IMG/VR virus record: IMGVR_UViG_3300036790_000270 | Location: 32,001 to 96,000 of that record | Direction: 5' to 3' (one strand) | From: a virus | DNA: 64,000 nucleotides | Translations under genes and position numbers: made by a program | The notes under the pieces: generated by a model | The model's input: the letters and a program-made list of their open reading frames with translations, nothing else | Database searches by the model: none | Told to the model about the DNA's origin: nothing | Shown here: in pieces, positions 46,633 to 58,002 of the stretch | Layout of the letters: each line of letters opens with the position of its first letter | Numbering within the stretch: the stretch's first letter is position 1

Positions 46633-47945
46633 CGGAGCCCCGGGCTGCATACGGGATGTTGCCGCCTGCCAAGTAGGTTCCAGCGGTACCCCGGCTGTGT
46701 GCAGCGGTGAAAGTCCGTGCCAGCCCGGAATACGACGGCCGCTCCTGTAGCTGATACAGGGGCGGCCGTCGGCGTCTGCCCGGGAGGCAGCATGGACATC
46801 GAGAACTTCGCGTGGATGGCGCTGTACCAGCCGGACCAGATCGGCTACGCGGAAACAACAGGCATACCGGAGGCCAGCATGCGCAGGCGCGCAACGGTCA
46901 GCCCGGCCGAGCAGGATGCGTTCGGCTCGTGGGGGCGCCGCTTCATGTGCTATATCCAGCGGGCGGGGACAAGAAGCTCAATCAAGAATGGCGCGATAAG
47001 GCGGGAACGCCGTGAGGCTAAGGCCCGCATCCGCCGCGGTGAGGACAATTAGGAGGAAAGCATGAGTGACAACCTGCCCCCGCACGTCAGGTCAGGTAAC
47101 AAGGGGCAGTCCTATGAGGAGCGGTTCCCGCGCTACGCCGCTAACGCCGACCGGGAGACCGCGCTGCTAGACCTGGCGGCCGGTAGCTGGAAGCGGTCAG
47201 CGGACTTTTACAAGAAGGCGGCGCGCAATTCCCTGCTGCACCATGACGAGGCCGCCGCGGGTTTTTACGAGGAGATGGCCGAGGCAGCCCTGGATGCCAC
47301 CGCGGCCCTCCGCGACGCGATGCGGGCTGCACAGCGGGTAGCCGAGCACTACCGGTCAGCTATGCGTCCAGGGGCGCCAGGCGAACACGACCTCGGCGGT
47401 GAGGCAGGCGAGGCCCGCGTAGGCGAGCGGCGCCGCGTGCGGGTTGCCGTTCCACCCGATGACCGCCGCGACGATGAACAGGATGAAGGCGAAGATGCCG
47501 AACATGCCCGCTTACCTACCCGGAAAGGAGCGCCGGATGCCGGAAATCATCGACCAGCAGTGGTTGCGCACCCTGGACGAGGCCGTTGCCCTGGAGAACT
47601 CGCTGTCCGGGGCCGCCAAGTACCAGAACCTGGTGATCGGGCACAAGCCGTTCGGCGGCGGTTACCTGGTGACCGTGGAGACGCAGGAGTGAGCAAGGCT
47701 GCCAGGCTGCGTAAGTGCCGCTGCGGGGACGGCTGCCCGCTGTCGGCGGCGTGCGAGGACGAAGCCACGCAGGAGGACCTGCTGTGCGACTACTGCCGGG
47801 CCGCCCGGGACGGGACCGGGGCCGAGGAAGGGCCGCTGCACTGCCATGAGTGCCGCAATGACGGAGAGGAAGCAGAAGAGATGTCCCCTGATGAACTGTC
47901 CGCGTTCACCCGGATACTGCGCCGGGCACTGAGAGGGCCGTCCCG

Positions 47946-48395
47946 GTGAAGTACCGCAAGCTGAGCATCAAGGCGGTCATCGCCGTCGAGGACGACGCCG
48001 ATGACGGCGAGGCGCAGGGACGCGCCTACCTTGAGGTGATGCTGCTGCTGAAGACGATGGCGACCCGCTCGTTCCTGCGCCGCGACCCGGCAGACCAGCT
48101 GATCGGGATGGACTTCCCGGTGGTCTGGTTCGACAGCCGCAGCGAGGACACCCAGTGGCCGCCTGCGCCTGTTAAAGCACGCCAGGCAGCGACCGCCCCG
48201 TCGTTCGGCCGGTTCCTCAGCTGGCTGGAGGGGCGCGGCTACAGTGACCGCGACTGGAAGTACATCGGGCGCGAGCATGACCTGAGCGGCTTCCCGCCGG
48301 GAACGGAGCTGCACGTCATCGACGGGTTCCCGCACAGCCTCGAATTCAGCCGGGAAAGCCTCACGGAACTCACCGTTACCTGGGAGCTGCCGTGA
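47946..48395 (+). CDS. hypothetical protein
   Basis: ORF track; GTGA-coupled; plausible composition. Confidence 0.5.
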   Translation: MKYRKLSIKAVIAVEDDADDGEAQGRAYLEVMLLLKTMATRSFLRRDPADQLIGMDFPVVWFDSRSEDTQWPPAPVKARQAATAPSFGRFLSWLEGRGYSDRDWKYIGREHDLSGFPPGTELHVIDGFPHSLEFSRESLTELTVTWELP

Positions 48396-48661
48396 GCCGG
48401 CCGTCACGCGCTACTTACGCGGAAGGACTGCTGTAATGGCTTTCGGTGTTCCCCCCTGCACCTGCACGCCCGGTGAGATTATCAACGGGCACCAGACGTG
48501 GCTGATCGCCCGGGACTGCCCCGAGCACGCGGACGCGGCGTGAGCGCGCCGTCCCACCCGTGCTGTGATCACTGCGACCACCCGGACGCGGACTCGGAGG
48601 GAGCGTGGCTGCAAGTGCACGACGAGCCCTGCCCGCACGGGTGCAATGACCCGGAGGAACC

Positions 48662-48910
48662 GTGACGAGCGTATTCAACGACGTCTACCTGGTGGTCGCC
48701 TCGTTCGCGCTTCTGCTGCTCGTTACCGGGCTGCTGTGGCCGGACCGCTTCCCGAAGTACAGCCGGGTGAGCAGCGGAGACCTCGGGCCGCTGCTGATCA
48801 TGACCGTCCTGTCGCTGCTACCCGGCTTTACCTGGCCCTGCCGCGAGCTGCTCCTGGGCACTACCCTCGCCCACGGCGTGGTCTTCATCCGGCAGCGGCG
48901 GCACCGGTGA
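48662..48910 (+). CDS. small membrane protein
   Basis: GGAGG RBS; hydrophobic helices. Confidence 0.5.
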   Translation: MTSVFNDVYLVVASFALLLLVTGLLWPDRFPKYSRVSSGDLGPLLIMTVLSLLPGFTWPCRELLLGTTLAHGVVFIRQRRHR

Positions 48911-49128
48911 CCCCCGTGCAGGCGCTCGCCGGCTGCCTCTTGCTGTTCGCGGCGTACTGCACGGTGATGATCTGCCTTGCGGTCGCCGGGGTGCACGCCC
49001 CGTGGTGGGCGCAGTGACCGGGAACGAGACGACCCAGGCGGTCATCCCGCCGGAGGCACTCGGCCCGGGTGCGGAGGGCAACCTGCCCGCGTACATCATC
49101 GGGTTCAGGTAAGCGCTGAGGAGCTTAA

Positions 49129-50955
49129 GTGAGTGCAGTATTTGGCGAGCTGGACGAGGCCGGGCAGCACATCCTGGTCACCTGTACCGGGGACGCGCAC
49201 GACGTAAACGCGTTCGTCGCGGTGCTGCGCGCCATCACCCCGAACGTGACGCCCACGGACAACCCGAACGTGATGGCGGTGCCGCTGTCCTGGGCGGCCG
49301 TCGTCCAGCTGGCGCACGGCTTCCCCGGTGAGCCGCAGTGGGACGGCCGCCCGGGGCTCACCTGGGTACCGGGGGAGCAACTCGGCAAGTGGCTGATCGC
49401 CGAGATCATCCGGCGCTCCTGCGAGGGCGACTGGGCCGGGGAGTGGCCGGCCCTGGAGCCGATGAAGCACCAGCGCAGCGGGGCGATCGCCGTCGGGATG
49501 AACGGCCGGTTCCTGTTCGCCGACGATATGGGCACCGGCAAGACGATAACGTACTTCATGAGCCTGGCCGCACTGGAGGGCCGCAACCGGAACCCGTGGC
49601 CGGCGCTGCTCGTCACCCCGGCGAGCGTCGTCGACACCATCCTGGAGGAACTCCCGCGGTTCTACCCGGGCTGGGAGGCGGTCGCCTACCGGGGTACCCA
49701 CCGCCAGCGGTTCCTGCGCTCCAACGCGCGCCTGCTGGTCATGGGGTACGAGACGATGCGCACCGACACCGGGGACAGCAAGAAGCCGGGGCCGCTGATG
49801 AAGTTCCGCGCGGGCACCGTCATCTACGATGAAGCGCACTTCCTGTGCAACTTCGACTCACTGCAGTCCCGTGAGGCGCGGAAGCTGGCGGCGAAGGTCC
49901 CTAACGTGATCGCCGGGTCCGGCACCCCGATCACTAGCAGCGTGGTCGGCTTCTGGCCGCTGCTCAGCGCGATGTACCCGGGCAGCTACCCGTCCCGGCA
50001 GCGGTGGAAGGACCTGTACACCATCGGCCGCCGGGCACAGTACGGCAACGGCGACGCGGAGGTAAGCGGGCTGGACCCGCTGCGGGAAAAGCAGTTCCGC
50101 GCCGAGATGCAGGGCGTGTTCCGCCGGGTGGCGGCCGACGACGTGCTCGACCTGCCGCCCAAGTCCTACCAGGCGCGGTACGTGGAGATCCCGGCCGCCT
50201 GGCGGGCCGCCTACAACCAGATGGAAGCGGACATGCTGGCGGAGCTGCCCGACCAGATGACCCCGCTGGAGGCGAACGTCGCCGTCGTCAAGATGATGCG
50301 GCTGCGGCAGCTGGCCTGCTCGGCGTGCGACGTGGAGGTCACCCGGGGCATCGAGGGCAACCCGCGGTCCCCCAAGTTCGGCCAGGAGGTGGCGCACACC
50401 AGGGTCACCCTGAAGGAGCCCTGCTGGAAAGGCGCGGCGCTGGTATCGCTGCTCGACGAGATCCACCAGGCCGACGGGGAGCTGGACGACCGGGGCGTTC
50501 GTCACGGGCACCGGGTCGGGTCACGGCCGGTCCTCGCGTTCGCCGAGCACGCGCAGCTGACCAGGCTGGCCGGGGCGATGGCGGAGAAGAAGGGGTACGT
50601 CACCGGGTACATCGACGGGGACGTCAGCCAGAAGGACCGCACCAGCACCCGGCTGGCGCTGCAGGCCGGCGAGCTCGACCTGGTTTGCGTGACCACCGGG
50701 GCGGGCGGCGTCGGGCTGAACCTGACGGCGGCGGCCGACGTCGCGTTCCTCGCCAACCCGTGGGGGTTCGTCCCCCGGACCCAGTCGGAGCGGCGGTCGT
50801 GGCGGCGCGGGCAGGACAAGCCGGTGCGGGTTTACGATTTCGTCGCCAAGGACAGCGTGGAGTCGCGGATCGCCGCGCGGCTGAAGCAGAAGGCAGGCAA
50901 CCTCGCTGACCTTGTCATGGACCGCCGGATAGTAGAAGAGTTCCTCGGCGGGTAA
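49129..50955 (+). CDS. SNF2-family (SF2) helicase
   Basis: ADDMGTGKT, DEAH, SGTP, AGGVGLNLT, QSERRSWRRGQ. Confidence 0.92.
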   Translation: MSAVFGELDEAGQHILVTCTGDAHDVNAFVAVLRAITPNVTPTDNPNVMAVPLSWAAVVQLAHGFPGEPQWDGRPGLTWVPGEQLGKWLIAEIIRRSCEGDWAGEWPALEPMKHQRSGAIAVGMNGRFLFADDMGTGKTITYFMSLAALEGRNRNPWPALLVTPASVVDTILEELPRFYPGWEAVAYRGTHRQRFLRSNARLLVMGYETMRTDTGDSKKPGPLMKFRAGTVIYDEAHFLCNFDSLQSREARKLAAKVPNVIAGSGTPITSSVVGFWPLLSAMYPGSYPSRQRWKDLYTIGRRAQYGNGDAEVSGLDPLREKQFRAEMQGVFRRVAADDVLDLPPKSYQARYVEIPAAWRAAYNQMEADMLAELPDQMTPLEANVAVVKMMRLRQLACSACDVEVTRGIEGNPRSPKFGQEVAHTRVTLKEPCWKGAALVSLLDEIHQADGELDDRGVRHGHRVGSRPVLAFAEHAQLTRLAGAMAEKKGYVTGYIDGDVSQKDRTSTRLALQAGELDLVCVTTGAGGVGLNLTAAADVAFLANPWGFVPRTQSERRSWRRGQDKPVRVYDFVAKDSVESRIAARLKQKAGNLADLVMDRRIVEEFLGG

Positions 50956-50962
50956 GACCCAG

Positions 50963-51016
50963 GGGGATGGGGGGCCAATCAGGTAACGGGGCCCGTATGC
51001 CGCACGCCCGGTCCCC
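50963..51016 (+). ncRNA. solo TIGR-like unit (+ orientation, divergent loop)
   Basis: ggggcca-atcaggtaa-cggggcccg-tatgccgca-cgcccggtcccc. Confidence 0.55.
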
Positions 51017-51574
51017 GGGGCGCCGTCAGCGTGCCCGTAAAATCAGAGCCAGCAGCCCGCGACTAAGGAGGACGGATGAGCAGCCGGGAACCCGATGACG
51101 ATGCGCGCGTGCCCTGGGATGACCTGCGCGTCCTTACCCTGGACGCACTGCACCGGTACGTGGCGGTCCTCGGCCTCAAGCCCGGTGACGTCCTTTACCC
51201 GGCGATCCTTGACCGGCTGGAGCGCGAGGACGAGCTGGCGCGAGATGCTGATGACGAGTAAGCGGCGCCGCAACAAGCACCGCACGCACACCTACCACAA
51301 GCCGCCCGCGCAGAACAACCGCAAGGTCCGCGGGCACCACCACTGCGCGCGGTGCGGCAAGTGGTGCTACGTCAGCCGGGCCGAGGCGGAGGCCGCCGTG
51401 CGCACCCTGCACCCGGGCGCCACCGTGCACTTCTACAAGTGCGGGGACTGGTGGCACTTCACCAGCATGACCGCCGAGCAGGTGGAGGGCATCCGGCAGC
51501 GCCAGGCGCAGGCCGCGGAAGACGAGGATGACTGGCCGGAACAAATGCCCGCGTGAGACGGTTGCACCAGGCAC

Positions 51575-51620
51575 GTCCCGGCCAACAAAAAAACGAGGCC
51601 CACAGCGGGAACGCCGGGGC
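51575..51620 (+). ncRNA. solo TIGR-like unit (+ orientation)
   Basis: gtcccggcca-acaaaaaaa-cgaggccca-cagcgggaa-cgccggggc. Confidence 0.7.
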
Positions 51621-51913
51621 ACCCGCCTACCCAAAGGAGAGCACCGTGAGTAACGACGAGAGAAGCTTCGCTAACGGCGGCGGCGCGATGACCGGCAACA
51701 CCGGCGCTATCGTATCCCTGCACCTGCGCCGCCTCTGGGAGTACGAGCAGGTACACGCGGCACAGCACAGCTTCTGGACCGTGCAGGCGTGAGCGGCCAC
51801 AGCTGCTCTTACACCGTGGAGATCGAGAGCTGGGAAGACAACGTGACCGGGGTCAAGTGGGTCCGGCTGCAGTGCTCGCATCCCGGTTGCGTTAATCAGA
51901 CGGTCGACCGGGC

Positions 51914-52582
51914 GTGAGTAACCGCGGGCCTTTCCACCGGGCTTTTAACTGCGGGGTCGCCGCCGCGATGGCGGGCGTTATCGGCTTCTTGCTCGCCGAC
52001 CCGCAGTCCTACGCGGCCACGCAGTACATGGGGACAGCCATTCCCGTCGGTGGGCTCGCCCTGATAGCCGCGGACATCGTCAGCAAGCAGCTTGCGGCCC
52101 GGCGCGGACGGATCGAGGGGGAAAAGCAGCAGCAGGAGACTGAGCGCAGGCGCCAGGAACTGGGCCTCGGATGGCGTATCCCGCCGCAGAAGCAACTGAT
52201 GGCGCTGTCTGAGAAGTACGGGCTGCCCGTCGTCACGCTCCTGCAGAAAAGCGAGCCGCTGCCTGACTTCGTGATGGCGCTGCCGCCGGAGGAGAAGGCA
52301 GAGCAGGAGTACGTGCCTGACGGCCAGTCGGAGCTAAGCGAGAACCTGTTCGACTCCCTGTTCACGCAGCACTGGGACCGGGACCGCGGGACCGCCGGGT
52401 ACCACTGGGAGATGAATGCCGAGTGGGCGGCCGAGGTGAAGAAGCTGAAGGACAAGGACGGCAGGCCGCTGTGGACGCAACGGCAGCGGATCATGCCGCC
52501 CGGCTACCCGAGTGATTACCTGTTCGGCTGCCCGGTCCGTACCGGGAATGAGTTCGGGGCGCCTAACCTGGTGGCAACGTGA
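51914..52582 (+). CDS. membrane-anchored protein with a C-terminal HK97 capsid-like segment
   Basis: Two N-terminal TM helices. C-terminal WEMN...VKKLKDKDGRPLW...LFGCPV. Confidence 0.5.
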   Translation: MSNRGPFHRAFNCGVAAAMAGVIGFLLADPQSYAATQYMGTAIPVGGLALIAADIVSKQLAARRGRIEGEKQQQETERRRQELGLGWRIPPQKQLMALSEKYGLPVVTLLQKSEPLPDFVMALPPEEKAEQEYVPDGQSELSENLFDSLFTQHWDRDRGTAGYHWEMNAEWAAEVKKLKDKDGRPLWTQRQRIMPPGYPSDYLFGCPVRTGNEFGAPNLVAT

Positions 52583-53424
52583 CCAGGCACCAGCGGGGGA
52601 TCACTGACGATGACGAGTACGACGCCTTTATCACGCAGCTGCCGTCTGCGGAGGAACGCGTCATGCTAGCCCTGCGGGAAAGCCGGTACGTGACAGGCTT
52701 CTTCCCGCCGTACTCCTCAGGTGCTACAGGCATGATCACGGACCTGCTAGCGGAACTGAAAGAAGAGTGGACCTCGAAAACATCATGATGATCGTGGGCA
52801 TCGCCGCGGTCTCGGTGGCACTGGTCATGCTCAGCCTGATGCTCGCCGGGATCTGGGACGCCGGCCCGATGGCCGGGTGGTGGCTCAGTTAACGGGTTCT
52901 ACCATTAGTTATGCCTTTGACGCATCATCCGGTGCGGTTGTTCCGGTTGTCGTGCGGCTGCCTGCGCGAGTACCCGATGATGTCAGCGACCGTGCAGCAC
53001 CTAGTGCTCTGCATCACCTGCCGCCAGGCAGTCATGACGGTACTCGCCTACCCCGAGCGCCGGTGCGGGGCCCGCGGGCACGCTGACGCCCGGTTCCCGC
53101 TGTCCTGCACGCTACCGCGCGCCGAGTGTAACGGGCGCTGGCACTTCGACGACTGCGCCAGCACCTGGTTCGCTACCGTAACCCCGAAACTAGCAGCCGT
53201 ACGCGAGGGAAGGACAGGACGGGCATGAGCACGACCAGGCTTTGCGGTGCCCCCAGCACCACCCGGCCGGGCTGGTCCCTTAACTTCGCGCAGTGCCTGT
53301 GGGAGCTGCACGACGAGCGCGGCACAACGGTAACCCGGGTGACCGCCGAGCTGCTGGCACTGGGCCCGGCCGTGGAAGAGCTCCTGGAAGCCCGGTTCGG
53401 CGTGCCGTTCCCGAAGGAGGGCCG

Positions 53425-54231
53425 GTGACCCGCAAGCTCCGCATGCTGGCGGCCTGCGAGTGCTCCGGCCTGGTCCGCGACGCGTTCGCCGCAAGAGACT
53501 GGGAGGCGTGGTCGGCGGACATCCTGCCGAGTGAGACCCCGGCCCGGTACACGCGGCTGGACGACGACTGCTACGTCCGCGACCAGAGCATCGACGTGCT
53601 GTCCTGCCACTACCAGGGCGACGTCCGCGACCTGTTCAGCCCGTGGCACCCGATGAACGAGGAGCGGCGCAAGCGCACGCAGGAGCTGTGGCCGCTGTGG
53701 GACCTGGTGATCGCGTTCCCGCCGTGCACGCACCTGTCGCTGGCCGGGGCGGTGTGGTGGAAGGTGAAGCGGGAGCCGCAGCTCGACCAGGACAGCGGCC
53801 AGTACACGCTGCCGTCGGTGCAGGACGAGGCCGCCGCGTTCTTCATGGAGATGGTTCGCGCCCCGGCGGCGCACGTCGCGGTGGAGAACCCGCGCGGCGA
53901 CATGACCCGCCGTTACCGCCCGCCTGACCAGTACGTGCAGCCGTGGATGTTCGGCGACCCGCTGATCAAGGCAACCGCCCTGTGGCTGGAGAACCTGCCG
54001 CCGCTGTACCAGACGTCCGCGCGGGAGGACTTCCCCGGACTGGGCCGGGTGGCGACCGGCGGGGGCAGCTGGCGGACCGACAAGGCAGCCGGGAAGAAGG
54101 CGATGAACACGCACGAGGACGGCAAGGGCCGTGAGCACCGGCAGCGGGAACGCAACCGCACCCTGCCCGGCCTCGCCCGCGCGATGGCACAGCAGTGGGG
54201 CGCCTTCATCGAGGAGCAGCATGGCAACTAA
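53425..54231 (+). CDS. phage DNA cytosine methyltransferase-like protein
   Basis: GTG at 53425 after GGAGG. Motifs LAACECSG.VRDAF, DLVIAFPPCT (PC), AVENP, QPWMFG, KATALWL. Confidence 0.75.
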   Translation: MTRKLRMLAACECSGLVRDAFAARDWEAWSADILPSETPARYTRLDDDCYVRDQSIDVLSCHYQGDVRDLFSPWHPMNEERRKRTQELWPLWDLVIAFPPCTHLSLAGAVWWKVKREPQLDQDSGQYTLPSVQDEAAAFFMEMVRAPAAHVAVENPRGDMTRRYRPPDQYVQPWMFGDPLIKATALWLENLPPLYQTSAREDFPGLGRVATGGGSWRTDKAAGKKAMNTHEDGKGREHRQRERNRTLPGLARAMAQQWGAFIEEQHGN

Positions 54232-54514
54232 GGAGATCGAGCTGCGGGTGACCGTCGTCGTCAGTGAGGAAACGGACCTGCAGATCGTGCCGACGAGGGT
54301 GTGGCTCGCGCTGGACGACGCCTTTACCTTCGGCGTTAAGACCGTGGAGCTGGCCGATGCCGAGTGAGATCACGGTGAAAACAGCATTCGGCGAGTACAC
54401 GTTCCGTGAGTGCATCGCGTGCCGCCTCTGGAATCACTGGCACGATACCCTAGACGGTTCCTGCGAGGACCCGCGGTGCGAGTGCCCGTACCGGCCCGGA
54501 GAGGTGAGGTTCAC

Positions 54515-55015
54515 GTGATCGACAGCTGCGTCGGGTGCGACCCGGGCCCGGCCACCGGCCTGTGCTTCCTCGACTACCAGGACGGCAGGCTTGTCGGGCG
54601 CACCCTCCTCCAGGCGGAGGGCAGTACCGCGGTCATCGTGCTGCGCGGGCTGCTGCAGGCGTACTACAGCGATGGCGCCAGGCACTACAGGCGCGTCGGG
54701 TCGGTGGAGAAGTTCCTTACCGGAGCAGGCGCCGGGTCACGCGGGAAGAACGCTGACGTCACCCGGCAGCTGGTCTACGAGCTGGCCGAGGTACTGCAGC
54801 TGTTCGGCTACCAGGTAGCCATCCGGCCGGCCGCCGACGTCAAGCCGTGGGCGAGCAGCAAGCGCCTGGTGGCCGCGGGCATCGTCAGCTCGGAGAAAGG
54901 CATGCACGGCGACATGAACCACAGCTACGACGCGGCCCGGCACTGCCTGTACGGGGCGCACGAGGCCGGCGTCATCCGGGACCCGCTGATCCGGGGCGCC
55001 CGTGCCGAAGCATGA
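54515..55015 (+). CDS. RuvC/RNase H-fold nuclease (Holliday junction resolvase-like)
   Basis: VGCDPGPATG, VEKF, AADVK, H..DAARH. Confidence 0.7.
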   Translation: MIDSCVGCDPGPATGLCFLDYQDGRLVGRTLLQAEGSTAVIVLRGLLQAYYSDGARHYRRVGSVEKFLTGAGAGSRGKNADVTRQLVYELAEVLQLFGYQVAIRPAADVKPWASSKRLVAAGIVSSEKGMHGDMNHSYDAARHCLYGAHEAGVIRDPLIRGARAEA

Positions 55016-56080
55016 GGAACAGCGGCAGTGCAACGTGACCTGGGGGAGCTGCGACAAGCGCAGCCTGAGCGTGCCCGGGAAGAAGTCACTGCCGCACATC
55101 TGCAGCCTGTGGGGCGGGCACCGGGTACATATCTGCGACTACTGCCTGGTGCTGCAGCGGTAACAAGGGAAGAGGAACACGTGAGCGAGGAACAGTGCGC
55201 GCTGTGCGGCGGCTCCGGTCAGCGGGACTGCCCGTTCTGCAATAACTGCCCGTCCTGCAGTACAGCCTGCCGGGCGTGCAACTACACCGGCAAGGTATCG
55301 TGCCCGGACTGCAAGGGCCGGGGCTCCCGGTAACAAGGAGGACTAGAAGCTCATGACGGAAACCCCGTTCGGGCACCAGTGGGGGGCGTGGTCGGAGTGG
55401 GCGTACGCCTGCGGTGACCAGGACACCCGCCATCGCGCCTGCACCCGCTGCCCCGCGGTCGACCCCGGCTACCGGCGGCACGCGCACCAGTGGAAGGAGC
55501 ACCCCGACGTCTTCGCCCCGGTCGGTACCGGCGCCACCATCAGCGTGTGCAGCGCCTGCCGTACGGTGAAAGGCAGCTGATGGCCTTTCAGGTCCTCGTG
55601 AAAACTACCCCGGGGATGCTCGGCTCCTACTCCTACGACGTGGTCAGCCGGGAGGTCGCCGAGGTTTTCGTGCGCCGCTCCGACGTCTGGTGGTACGCGT
55701 TCCCCGTGGAAGACGAGACACTAGACGGCAGCAGCTGGAAGAAAGGCGGCGCGTGGGCTCAGCCGCCCGAGGCCGGCAACGACGTCGCCGCGGCGGTCCC
55801 GCTGGAAGCGTACGGGAACCGGGTTAGTGACGGGCTCGACCGTGAACGTCCCGCTGTACCGCGGGGGAGCCAGGTCGTAACAGAGGAAAACGAGGACGAC
55901 GAGGATGACGGCCGATGGGGCTAGCTGGTGCGCCCGCTGCCAGCACATGATCCGGGTGGCCGACGGCATCTGGGTGCACGTCAGCAGCGACGACTGGGCG
56001 GCCGGGGACTGCTACTGCACCTCGCAGCTGGCCCGCTGCGTGCCCGCGGTCAAGTTCCGCCGGGCTCGTATACTCCGGGA

Positions 56081-56935
56081 ATGAGCTTCACGTTCGCGTT
56101 CGACGTCACCGCCCCGTTCTTCAGCCAGGTCCCGCAGGGCTACCAGCTGGCCGGGTACGACACCGGCGACGGCGTCGCCTGGACCCCGGCGATGTGGGCC
56201 GCGCACCCTGGCGCCGTGCACATCGACCAGGACCCGGGCGCGGTCGTTACCACCGCGGACGTGCTCGACTGCGAGAACGGGGCGGTACCGGTCGGGTCAC
56301 CGAGGATCGCCGCCTGGGCGCGGGACGCGCAGGTGTCGTACGCGGAAGCCCGGCGCCCCGGCCAGCGCAGCCCGCTGCTGTACTGCTCGGCCTCCAACGT
56401 CACCGCCAACGTGAACGCGCTGGTCGCCGGCGGGGTGAGCTCCGGGACGGGCCTGTGGGTGGCGGACTGGAGCCTGTCGTCGGCGCAGGCGGTAGCCGAG
56501 CTCGCCGCCGCGGCCGGGCCGTTCCCCGTGCAGGGCATCCAGTTCAGTGACGACGGTGACTTTGACGCCGACATCTTCTCCACCGCCTGGCTGGATGACG
56601 TCTCCGGGGACGGCTGGGTATTCGGGCCGGTCCGCAACGCCGCCTTCTGGCCGGGGATCACCACGTTCGGGGTGAGCGGCAACTCACCGGGCACCCCGCA
56701 GGCCCTCGGCGTCGGGGACTACGAGGTCGCGGTGTTCCCCGGGTCGTCATTCGGGTCGGGGCCGCAGGTGCCCGGCTACCCGGTTTACCTGCCGAAAGGC
56801 CCGGAGTCCGCGTTCAGCTACACGGGGCACGACATCGGCCAGCACGCGCGGGTCACTATCGGGGTCCGGGCGATCGCCACCGACGGCGGCCATGCCTCCC
56901 CGTGGGTGACCGGCACCATCACGACGGGCACCTGA
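56081..56935 (+). CDS. GH25-like muramidase (endolysin-like) with C-terminal Fn3-like domain
   Basis: AGYDTG, DVLDCENG, PLLYCSAS, LWVADW, IQFSD...DADIF. TATACT just upstream of ATG 56081. Confidence 0.6.
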   Translation: MSFTFAFDVTAPFFSQVPQGYQLAGYDTGDGVAWTPAMWAAHPGAVHIDQDPGAVVTTADVLDCENGAVPVGSPRIAAWARDAQVSYAEARRPGQRSPLLYCSASNVTANVNALVAGGVSSGTGLWVADWSLSSAQAVAELAAAAGPFPVQGIQFSDDGDFDADIFSTAWLDDVSGDGWVFGPVRNAAFWPGITTFGVSGNSPGTPQALGVGDYEVAVFPGSSFGSGPQVPGYPVYLPKGPESAFSYTGHDIGQHARVTIGVRAIATDGGHASPWVTGTITTGT

Positions 56936-57029
56936 TGCGCGCGGCGCTGCGCAGGCTTGACCCCGGCCTGGTGCTGATCGGGGTGTTCCTCGGCTTCGCG
57001 GCCCTCACCCTGGTCATCCTGCTGTAGTA

Positions 57030-57518
57030 CTAAGCGGGCAGGTCGGGGCGCTTGCGGCGGTACCCCTGCCTGCCGGTGACCGGCGGCTTGCGCGGCCAGC
57101 GGGAACGCTGCGCAGTGACCTGGGCCTCGGCCTCAGCTCGCTTCTCCTCGATGACGGCGCGCTCGGCCGCGGTGACCTCATGGAAGTCCGGGCACTCCGT
57201 AGCGCCGATCCAGGAGCGCAGCACCTTCCCGCAGCCGGCGCAGACCTCCTGGTGGTCGCAGTACCAGGCCAGCTTGCCGTTGCTGCGCCAGCCAGCCGAC
57301 CACTGGCACCGGCCGGGACGCGGCCCGGGGTAGACGCGCATCCGGAGCTGAGGCTGGTGCGGTCCTTTCCAGTGGGCGGCCTTGCACAGGTCCCGGTCTT
57401 TCTTACCGGGCGCCTTCGCCGCGGGCTCGGTCACCGCGCGGGCCACCTCGTCACGCCGGGAGCCGGGGGTCCCCCGTTCCCAGGCGGAGCGGGCGTGCCG
57501 CTCGAAGCGCTTCGGCAT
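57030..57518 (-). CDS. basic Cys/His-containing hypothetical protein
   Basis: ORF track; WYCDHQEVCAGCGK. Confidence 0.5.
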   Translation of the reverse strand: MPKRFERHARSAWERGTPGSRRDEVARAVTEPAAKAPGKKDRDLCKAAHWKGPHQPQLRMRVYPGPRPGRCQWSAGWRSNGKLAWYCDHQEVCAGCGKVLRSWIGATECPDFHEVTAAERAVIEEKRAEAEAQVTAQRSRWPRKPPVTGRQGYRRKRPDLPA

Positions 57519-57651
57519 GTTAACCCCGCTTCAGGTTCCGGGTGTGAACCCGGTGATCTTAAACATGACTTCCGGTATCCCGCAGTGCACGCTAGCCGGC
57601 TGCGTGAGCGCAAGATCGGCGTAAACGGCGGAGCAGCCGCTGCGGCAGCCG

Positions 57652-57960
57652 TCACACAGCAGGTCCTCCTGCGTTATCGCCAGCGTGCACCGCACCGCCC
57701 CCCACCTCGGGCACCGGCACGTGCGATCGGGAATGCTCACCTGGCTCCTCCTGCCGGACGATGTGCGCGATCAGTTCCTTGCTGCAGCCGATCTCCCTCG
57801 CCAGCGCGCCCAGCGTCCAGGTGACCGGGTCAGCCGCGCGCAGCCTCCGGACAATATGGTCGCGGGTCGCCCGGCGCCGTCGGGCCTCACTGTCACTGGA
57901 GGCAGCCGACGCGTGGCAGGTACGCGCCTGGGCGAGGAGAATACGATCGGTTTCAGTCAC
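57652..57960 (-). CDS. helix-turn-helix protein
   Basis: WTLGALAREIGCSKELIAHIVR; AAGGA RBS. Confidence 0.6.
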   Translation of the reverse strand: MTETDRILLAQARTCHASAASSDSEARRRRATRDHIVRRLRAADPVTWTLGALAREIGCSKELIAHIVRQEEPGEHSRSHVPVPEVGGGAVHAGDNAGGPAV

Positions 57961-58002
57961 CTGTCCTTGTTACCCTGCTTTACCGCTGGTTACCAGCACT
58001 GC

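Noticed and set aside
54515-55015. RuvC-like protein as a trans-acting nuclease for the Tas-like protein
   Set aside because: It looks like an ordinary phage resolvase in the replication block on the opposite strand. There is no evidence of linkage.
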